Shown: piece by piece, positions 54,597 to 64,000 of the stretch | Numbering within the stretch: position 1 is the stretch's first letter | Layout: each line of letters opens with the position of its first letter | Assembly: GCA_964057225.1 (NCBI GenBank) | Contig: OZ059894.1 | Location: 20,150,001-20,214,000, forward strand | From: Auanema rhodensis | Lineage: Eukaryota > Animalia > Nematoda | Length of the DNA stretch: 64,000 nucleotides | Direction of reading: 5' to 3' | The notes under the pieces: generated by a model | What the model was told of the DNA's origin: nothing | Seen by the model: the letters and a program-made list of their open reading frames with translations, nothing else | Databases searched by the model: none | Program-made: the position numbers and the translations under genes

Positions 54597-57500
54597 ATGT
54601 ACACTCAACATTGCTTCCAAAAACATTTTGACAAAAATTTTTTCGAAAAATTTCAGAATAAATTAGCAAAAAGTAGATGTTTTTAGATTCCTTTTTTCAA
54701 GGCAAAGACGATGGCCAATGTTATTCAACGAAAAAATTAATTCTTCAGGGTGAAAATCGAGGATATAAGTGTGAACTTATATCAGTTGATATCTCGGTGC
54801 ATTTTCAAGCTAGCGCAAATCTGATAACACAGATCGACGCAGCTTAAAAATCCGCATCGAATGCACTATACTACATTGAGAAACGCTTAATACAAAAATT
54901 AGTTATGATCGTTTGAAAAATGATGCATTAGTGTATGTTGAGTTGCCATGTACACTCAACATTGCTTCCAAAAACATTTTGACAAAACTTTTTTCGAAAA
55001 ATTTCAAAATAAATTAGCAAAAAGTAGATGTTTTTAGATTCCTTTTTTCAAGGCAAAGACGATGGACAATGTTATTCAACGAAAAAATTAATTCTTCAGG
55101 GTGAAAATCGAGGATATAAGTGTGAACTTATATCAGTTGATATCTCGGTGCATTTTTAAGCTAGCGCAAATCTGATAACACAGATCGACGCAGCTTAAAA
55201 ATCCGCATCGAATGCAGTATACTACATTGAGAAACGCTTAATACAAAAATTAGTTATGATCGTTTGAAAAATGATGCATTAGTGTATGTTGAGTTTCCAT
55301 GTACACTCAACATTGCTTCCAAAAACATTTTGACAAAAATTTTTTCGAAAAATTTCAAAATAATTTAGCAAAAAGTAGATGTTTTTAGATTCCTTTTTTC
55401 AAGGCAAAGACGATGGACAATGTTATTCGACGAAAAAATTAATTCTTCAGGGTGAAAATCGAGGATATAAGTGTGAACTTATATCAGTTGATATCTCGGT
55501 GCATTTTTAAGCTAGCGCAAATCTGATAACACAGATCGACGCAGCTTAAAAATCCGCATCGAATGCACTATACTACATTGAGAAACGCTTAATACAAAAA
55601 TTAGTTATGATCGTTTGAAAAATGATGCATTAGTGTATGTTGAGTTTCCATGTACACTCAACATTGCTTCCAAAAACATTTTGACAAAAATTTTTTCGAA
55701 AAATTTCAGAATAATTTAGCAAAAAGTAGATGTTTTTAGATTTCTTTTTTCAAGGCAAAGACGATGGACAATGTTATTCAACGAAAAAATTAATTCTTCA
55801 GGGTGAAAATCGAGGATATAAGTGTGAACTTATATCAGTTGATATCTCGGTGCATTTTCAAGCTAGCGCAAATCTGATAACACAGATCGACGCAGCTTAA
55901 AAATCCGCATCGAATGCACTATACTACATTGAGAAACGCTTAATACAAAAATTAGTTATGATCGTTTGAAAAATGATGCATTAGTGTATGTTGAGTTGCC
56001 ATGTACACTCAACATTGCTTCCAAAAACATTTTGACAAAACTTTTTTCGAAAAATTTCAAAATAAATTAGCAAAAAGTAGATGTTTTTAGATTCCTTTTT
56101 TCAAGGCAAAGACGATGGACAATGTTATTCAACGAAAAAATTAATTCTTCAGGGTGAAAATCGAGGATATAAGTGTGAACTTATATCAGTTGATATCTCG
56201 GTGCATTTTTAAGCTAGCGCAAATCTGATAACACAGATCGACGCAGCTTAAAAATCCGCATCGAATGCAGTATACTACATTGAGAAACGCTTAATACAAA
56301 AATTAGTTATGATCGTTTGAAAAATGATGCATTAGTGTATGTTGAGTTTCCATGTACACTCAACATTGCTTCCAAAAACATTTTGACAAAAATTTTTTCG
56401 AAAAATTTCAAAATAATTTAGCAAAAAGTAGATGTTTTTAGATTCCTTTTTTCAAGGCAAAGACGATGGACAATGTTATTCAACGAAAAAATTAATTCTT
56501 CAGGGTGAAAATCGAGGATATAAGTGTGAACTTATATCAGTTGATATCTCGGTGCATTTTTAAGCTAGCGCAAATCTGATAACACAGATCGACGCAGCTT
56601 AAAAATCCGCATCGAATGCACTATACTACATTGAGAAACGCTTAATACAAAAATTAGTTATGATCGTTTGAAAAATGATGCATTAGTGTATGTTGAGTTT
56701 CCATGTACACTCAACATTGCTTCCAAAAACATTTTGACAAAAATTTTTTCGAAAAATTTCAAAATAATTTAGCAAAAAGTAGATGTTTTTAGATTCCTTT
56801 TTTCAAGGCAAAGACGATGGACAATGTTATTCAACGATAAAATTAATTCTTCAGGGTGAAAATCGAGGATATAAGTGTGAACTTATATCAGTTGATATCT
56901 CGGTGCATTTTTAAGCTAGCGCAAATCTGATAACACAGATCGACGCAGCTTAAAAATCCGCATCGAATGCACTATACTACATTGAGAAACGCTCAATACA
57001 AAAATTAGTTATGATCGTTTGAAAAATGATGCATTAGTGTATGTTGAGTTTCCATGTACACTCAACATTGCTTCCAAAAACATTTTGACAAAAATTTTTT
57101 CGAAAAATTTCAGAATAAATTAGCAAAAAGTAGATGTTTTTAGATTCCTTTTTTCAAGGCAAAGACGATGGCCAATGTTATTCAACGAAAAAATTAATTC
57201 TTCAGGGTGAAAATCGAGGATATAAGTGTGAACTTATATCAGTTGATATCTCGGTGCATTTTCAAGCTAGCGCAAATCTGATAACACAGATCGACGCAGC
57301 TTAAAAATCCGCATCGAATGCACTATACTACATTGAGAAACGCTTAATACAAAAATTAGTTATGATCGTTTGAAAAATGATGCATTAGTGTATGTTGAGT
57401 TGCCATGTACACTCAACATTGCTTCCAAAAACATTTTGACAAAACTTTTTTCGAAAAATTTCAAAATAAATTAGCAAAAAGTAGATGTTTTTAGATTCCT

Positions 57501-60500
57501 TTTTTCAAGGCAAAGACGATGGACAATGTTATTCAACGAAAAAATTAATTCTTCAGGGTGAAAATCGAGGATATAAGTGTGAACTTATATCAGTTGATAT
57601 CTCGGTGCATTTTTAAGCTAGCGCAAATCTGATAACACAGATCGACGCAGCTTAAAAATCCGCATCGAATGCAGTATACTACATTGAGAAACGCTTAATA
57701 CAAAAATTAGTTATGATCGTTTGAAAAATGATGCATTAGTGTATGTTGAGTTTCCATGTACACTCAACATTGCTTCCAAAAACATTTTGACAAAAATTTT
57801 TTCGAAAAATTTCAGAATAATTTAGCAAAAAGTAGATGTTTTTAGATTTCTTTTTTCAAGGCAAAGACGATGGACAATGTTATTCAACGAAAAAATTAAT
57901 TCTTCAGGGTGAAAATCGAGGATATAAGTGTGAACTTATATCAGTTGATATCTCGGTGCATTTTTAAGCTAGCGCAAATCTGATAACACAGATCGACGCA
58001 GCTTAAAAATCCGCATCGAATGCAGTATACTACATTGAGAAACGCTTAATACAAAAATTAGTTATGATCGTTTGAAAAATGATGCATTAGTGTATGTTGA
58101 GTTTCCATGTACACTCAACATTGCTTCCAAAAACATTTTGACAAAAATTTTTTCGAAAAATTTCAGAATAATTTAGCAAAAAGTAGATGTTTTTAGATTT
58201 CTTTTTTCAAGGCAAAGACGATGGACAATGTTATTCAACGAAAAAATTAATTCTTCAGGGTGAAAATCGAGGATATAAGTGTGAACTTATATCAGTTGAT
58301 ATCTCGGTGCATTTTCAAGCTAGCGCAAATCTGATAACACAGATCGACGCAGCTTAAAAATCCGCATCGAATGCACTATACTACATTGAGAAACGCTTAA
58401 TACAAAAATTAGTTATGATCGTTTGAAAAATGATGCATTAGTGTATGTTGAGTTGCCATGTACACTCAACATTGCTTCCAAAAACATTTTGACAAAACTT
58501 TTTTCGAAAAATTTCAAAATAAATTAGCAAAAAGTAGATGTTTTTAGATTCCTTTTTTCAAGGCAAAGACGATGGACAATGTTATTCAACGAAAAAATTA
58601 ATTCTTCAGGGTGAAAATCGAGGATATAAGTGTGAACTTATATCAGTTGATATCTCGGTGCATTTTTAAGCTAGCGCAAATCTGATAACACAGATCGACG
58701 CAGCTTACAAATCCGCATCGAATGCAGTATACTACATTGAGAAACGCTTAATACAAAAATTAGTTATGATCGTTTGAAAAATGATGCATTAGTGTATGTT
58801 GAGTTTCCATGTACACTCAACATTGCTTCCAAAAACATTTTGACAAAAATTTTTTCGAAAAATTTCAAAATAATTTAGCAAAAAGTAGATGTTTTTAGAT
58901 TCCTTTTTTCAAGGCAAAGACGATGGACAATGTTATTCAACGAAAAAATTAATTCTTCAGGGTGAAAATCGAGGATATAAGTGTGAACTTATATCAGTTG
59001 ATATCTCGGTGCATTTTTAAGCTAGCGCAAATCTGATAACACAGATCGACGCAGCTTAAAAATCCGCATCGAATGCACTATACTACATTGAGAAACGCTT
59101 AATACAAAAATTAGTTATGATCGTTTGAAAAATGATGCATTAGTGTATGTTGAGTTTCCATGTACACTCAACATTGCTTCCAAAAACATTTTGACAAAAA
59201 TTTTTTCGAAAAATTTCAAAATAATTTAGCAAAAAGTAGATGTTTTTAGATTCCTTTTTTCAAGGCAAAGACGATGGACAATGTTATTCAACGATAAAAT
59301 TAATTCTTCAGGGTGAAAATCGAGGATATAAGTGTGAACTTATATCAGTTGATATCTCGGTGCATTTTTAAGCTAGCGCAAATCTGATAACACAGATCGA
59401 CGCAGCTTAAAAATCCGCATCGAATGCACTATACTACATTGAGAAACGCTCAATACAAAAATTAGTTATGATCGTTTGAAAAATGATGCATTAGTGTATG
59501 TTGAGTTTCCATGTACACTCAACATTGCTTCCAAAAACATTTTGACAAAAATTTTTTCGAAAAATTTCAGAATAAATTAGCAAAAAGTAGATGTTTTTAG
59601 ATTCCTTTTTTCAAGGCAAAGACGATGGCCAATGTTATTCAACGAAAAAATTAATTCTTCAGGGTGAAAATCGAGGATATAAGTGTGAACTTATATCAGT
59701 TGATATCTCGGTGCATTTTCAAGCTAGCGCAAATCTGATAACACAGATCGACGCAGCTTAAAAATCCGCATCGAATGCACTATACTACATTGAGAAACGC
59801 TTAATACAAAAATTAGTTATGATCGTTTGAAAAATGATGCATTAGTGTATGTTGAGTTGCCATGTACACTCAACATTGCTTCCAAAAACATTTTGACAAA
59901 ACTTTTTTCGAAAAATTTCAAAATAAATTAGCAAAAAGTAGATGTTTTTAGATTCCTTTTTTCAAGGCAAAGACGATGGACAATGTTATTCAACGAAAAA
60001 ATTAATTCTTCAGGGTGAAAATCGAGGATATAAGTGTGAACTTATATCAGTTGATATCTCGGTGCATTTTTAAGCTAGCGCAAATCTGATAACACAGATC
60101 GACGCAGCTTAAAAATCCGCATCGAATGCAGTATACTACATTGAGAAACGCTTAATACAAAAATTAGTTATGATCGTTTGAAAAATGATGCATTAGTGTA
60201 TGTTGAGTTTCCATGTACACTCAACATTGCTTCCAAAAACATTTTGACAAAAATTTTTTCGAAAAATTTCAGAATAATTTAGCAAAAAGTAGATGTTTTT
60301 AGATTTCTTTTTTCAAGGCAAAGACGATGGACAATGTTATTCAACGAAAAAATTAATTCTTCAGGGTGAAAATCGAGGATATAAGTGTGAACTTATATCA
60401 GTTGATATCTCGGTGCATTTTCAAGCTAGCGCAAATCTGATAACACAGATCGACGCAGCTTAAAAATCCGCATCGAATGCACTATACTACATTGAGAAAC

Positions 60501-62318
60501 GCTTAATACAAAAATTAGTTATGATCGTTTGAAAAATGATGCATTAGTGTATGTTGAGTTTCCATGTACACTCAACATTGCTTCCAAAAACATTTTGACA
60601 AAAATTTATTCGAAAAATTTCAAAATAATTTAGCAAAAAGTAGATGTTTTTAGATTCCTTTTTTCAAGGCAAAGACGATGGACAATGTTATTCAACGATA
60701 AAATTAATTCTTCAGGGTGAAAATCGAGGATATAAGTGTGAACTTATATCAGTTGATATCTCGGTGCATTTTTAAGCTAGCGCAAATCTGATAACACAGA
60801 TCGACGCAGCTTAAAAATCCGCATCGAATGCACTATACTACATTGAGAAACGCTCAATACAAAAATTAGTTATGATCGTTTGAAAAATGATGCATTAGTG
60901 TATGTTGAGTTTCCATGTACACTCAACATTGCTTCCAAAAACATTTTGACAAAAATTTTTTCGAAAAATTTCAGAATAAATTAGCAAAAAGTAGATGTTT
61001 TTAGATTCCTTTTTTCAAGGCAAAGACGATGGCCAATGTTATTCAACGAAAAAATTAATTCTTCAGGGTGAAAATCGAGGATATAAGTGTGAACTTATAT
61101 CAGTTGATATCTCGGTGCATTTTCAAGCTAGCGCAAATCTGATAACACAGATCGACGCAGCTTAAAAATCCGCATCGAATGCACTATACTACATTGAGAA
61201 ACGCTTAATACAAAAATTAGTTATGATCGTTTGAAAAATGATGCATTAGTGTATGTTGAGTTGCCATGTACACTCAACATTGCTTCCAAAAACATTTTGA
61301 CAAAACTTTTTTCGAAAAATTTCAAAATAAATTAGCAAAAAGTAGATGTTTTTAGATTCCTTTTTTCAAGGCAAAGACGATGGACAATGTTATTCAACGA
61401 AAAAATTAATTCTTCAGGGTGAAAATCGAGGATATAAGTGTGAACTTATATCAGTTGATATCTCGGTGCATTTTTAAGCTAGCGCAAATCTGATAACACA
61501 GATCGACGCAGCTTAAAAATCCGCATCGAATGCAGTATACTACATTGAGAAACGCTTAATACAAAAATTAGTTATGATCGTTTGAAAAATGATGCATTAG
61601 TGTATGTTGAGTTTCCATGTACACTCAACATTGCTTCCAAAAACATTTTGACAAAAATTTTTTCGAAAAATTTCAGAATAATTTAGCAAAAAGTAGATGT
61701 TTTTAGATTTCTTTTTTCAAGGCAAAGACGATGGACAATGTTATTCAACGAAAAAATTAATTCTTCAGGGTGAAAATCGAGGATATAAGTGTGAACTTAT
61801 ATCAGTTGATATCTCGGTGCATTTTCAAGCTAGCGCAAATCTGATAACACAGATCGACGCAGCTTAAAAATCCGCATCGAATGCACTATACTACATTGAG
61901 AAACGCTTAATACAAAAATTAGTTATGATCGTTTGAAAAATGATGCATTAGTGTATGTTGAGTTTCCATGTACACTCAACATTGCTTCCAAAAACATTTT
62001 GACAAAAATTTATTCGAAAAATTTCAAAATAATTTAGCAAAAAGTAGATGTTTTTAGATTCCTTTTTTCAAGGCAAAGACGATGGACAATGTTATTCAAC
62101 GAAAAAATTAATTCTTCAGGGTGAAAATCGAGGATATAAGTGTGAACTTATATCAGTTGATATCTCGGTGCATTTTTAAGCTAGCGCAAATCTGATAACA
62201 CAGATCGACGCAGCTTAAAAATCCGCATCGAATGCACTATACTACATTGAGAAACGCTTAATACAAAAATTAGTTATGATCGTTTGAAAAATGATGCATT
62301 AGTGTATGTTGAGTTTCC
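54597..62318 (-). repeat. Indel-free distal domain: 7-mer x2 (54597-59510) followed by 4-mer x2 (59511-62318)
   Basis: The TGGCC+TTTTCAAG+TTGCC monomer starts at 54597, 57054, 59511 and 60915 (steps 2457, 2457, 1404). The private AAATTTATTCG variant occurs at ~60608 and ~62012, 1404 bp apart. Confidence 0.75.
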
Positions 62319-64000
62319 ATGTACACTCAACATTGCTTCCAAAAACATTTTGACAAAAATTTTTTCGAAAAATTTCAGAATAATTTAGCAAAAAGTAGAT
62401 GTTTTTAGATTTCTTTTTTCAAGGCAAAGACGATGGACAATGTTATTCAACGAAAAAATTAATTCTTCAGGGTGAAAATCGAGGATATAAGTGTGAACTT
62501 ATATCAGTTGATATCTCGGTGCATTTTTAAGCTAGCGCAAATCTGATAACACAGATCGACGCAGCTTAAAAATCCGCATCGAATGCAGTATACTACATTG
62601 AGAAACGCTTAATACAAAAATTAGTTATGATCGTTTGAAAAATGATGCATTAGTGTATGTTGAGTTTCCATGTACACTCAACATTGCTTCCAAAAACATT
62701 TTGACAAAAATTTTTTCGAAAAATTTCAGAATAATTTAGCAAAAAGTAGATGTTTTTAGATTTCTTTTTTCAAGGCAAAGACGATGGACAATGTTATTCA
62801 ACGAAAAAATTAATTCTTCAGGGTGAAAATCGAGGATATAAGTGTGAACTTATATCAGTTGATATCTCGGTGCATTTTCAAGCTAGCGCAAATCTGATAA
62901 CACAGATCGACGCAGCTTAAAAATCCGCATCGAATGCACTATACTACATTGAGAAACGCTTAATACAAAAATTAGTTATGATCGTTTGAAAAATGATGCA
63001 TTAGTGTATGTTGAGTTTCCATGTACACTCAACATTGCTTCCAAAAACATTTTGACAAAAATTTTTTCGAAAAATTTCAGAATAATTTAGCAAAAAGTAG
63101 ATGTTTTTAGATTTCTTTTTTCAAGGCAAAGACGATGGCCAATGTTATTCAACGAAAAAATTAATTCTTCAGGGTGAAAATCGAGGATATAAGTGTGAAC
63201 TTATATCAGTTGATATCTCGGTGCATTTTCAAGCTAGCGCAAATCTGATAACACAGATCGACGCAGCTTAAAAATCCGCATCGAATGCACTATACTACAT
63301 TGAGAAACGCTTAATACAAAAATTAGTTATGATCGTTTGAAAAATGATGCATTAGTGTATGTTGAGTTGCCATGTACACTCAACATTGCTTCCAAAAACA
63401 TTTTGACAAAACTTTTTTCGAAAAATTTCAAAATAAATTAGCAAAAAGTAGATGTTTTTAGATTCCTTTTTTCAAGGCAAAGACGATGGACAATGTTATT
63501 CAACGAAAAAATTAATTCTTCAGGGTGAAAATCGAGGATATAAGTGTGAACTTATATCAGTTGATATCTCGGTGCATTTTTAAGCTAGCGCAAATCTGAT
63601 AACACAGATCGACGCAGCTTAAAAATCCGCATCGAATGCAGTATACTACATTGAGAAACGCTTAATACAAAAATTAGTTATGATCGTTTGAAAAATGATG
63701 CATTAGTGTATGTTGAGTTTCCATGTACACTCAACATTGCTTCCAAAAACATTTTGACAAAAATTTTTTCGAAAAATTTCAGAATAATTTAGCAAAAAGT
63801 AGATGTTTTTAGATTTCTTTTTTCAAGGCAAAGACGATGGACAATGTTATTCAACGAAAAAATTAATTCTTCAGGGTGAAAATCGAGGATATAAGTGTGA
63901 ACTTATATCAGTTGATATCTCGGTGCATTTTCAAGCTAGCGCAAATCTGATAACACAGATCGACGCAGCTTAAAAATCCGCATCGAATGCACTATACTAC

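Larger units (their letters stand above)
1..64000. repeat. Tandem satellite DNA array, 351-bp monomer, about 182 copies, extends beyond both window edges
   Basis: AAACTCAACATACACTAATG recurs at 1, 352, 703 ... 7021 (=1+20x351) ... 10882. Its reverse complement recurs about every 351 bp after 10928. No unique sequence interrupts the array. Monomer 1 has 59 C + 54 G in 351 nt (32% GC). Confidence 0.99.
10927..64000 (-). repeat. Right arm: about 151 monomers in inverted orientation (most 351 bp; indel variants a few bp shorter or 1 bp longer)
   Basis: From 10927 the sequence reads AAAAATTAATTCTTCAGGGTG, the reverse complement of monomer positions 214 downward. Every later monomer is reverse-complemented (e.g. 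CATTAGTGTATGTTGAGTTT). Confidence 0.97.

Noticed and set aside
1-64000. CRISPR array, or integron attC-like cassette array, suggested by the repeated hairpins
   Set aside because: There are no unique spacers or cassettes (the whole 351 bp repeats) and no cas or integrase genes.
1-64000. Tandem 5S rDNA, tRNA, snRNA or spliced-leader RNA gene array
   Set aside because: I see no recognisable 5S, tRNA or snRNA sequence, nor convincing Pol III A/B/C boxes. An Rfam cmscan would be the formal test.
1-64000. Assignment to a named satellite such as Drosophila 1.688/359-bp
   Set aside because: The length and AT content are similar, but I recognise no sequence match. A database search is needed to name the family or organism.

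Overview
The whole 64 kb window is one AT-rich tandem satellite array with a 351-bp monomer (32% GC in monomer 1; about 182 copies; monomers typically differ at only a few positions). I find no credible protein-coding gene, RNA gene, transposon insertion or CRISPR array. The array switches orientation once, at 10927-10928: about 31 monomers run one way (1-10928) and about 151 run reverse-complemented (10927-64000), joined by a 2-nt AA microhomology. Diagnostic SNPs and indels show a layered history with local higher-order repeats of 2, 4, 6, 7, 10 and about 11 monomers. The left arm's variants match the 47.7-54.6 kb zone rather than the DNA just across the junction. Each monomer carries about five dyad/hairpin elements and many A/T tracts. 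The 13 near-identical 69-aa ORFs are by-products of a 2-bp deletion in one monomer variant. The sequence looks like eukaryotic (peri)centromeric or heterochromatic satellite DNA. I cannot identify the organism or family, and I see no evidence of a new gene system; the points of interest are architectural.
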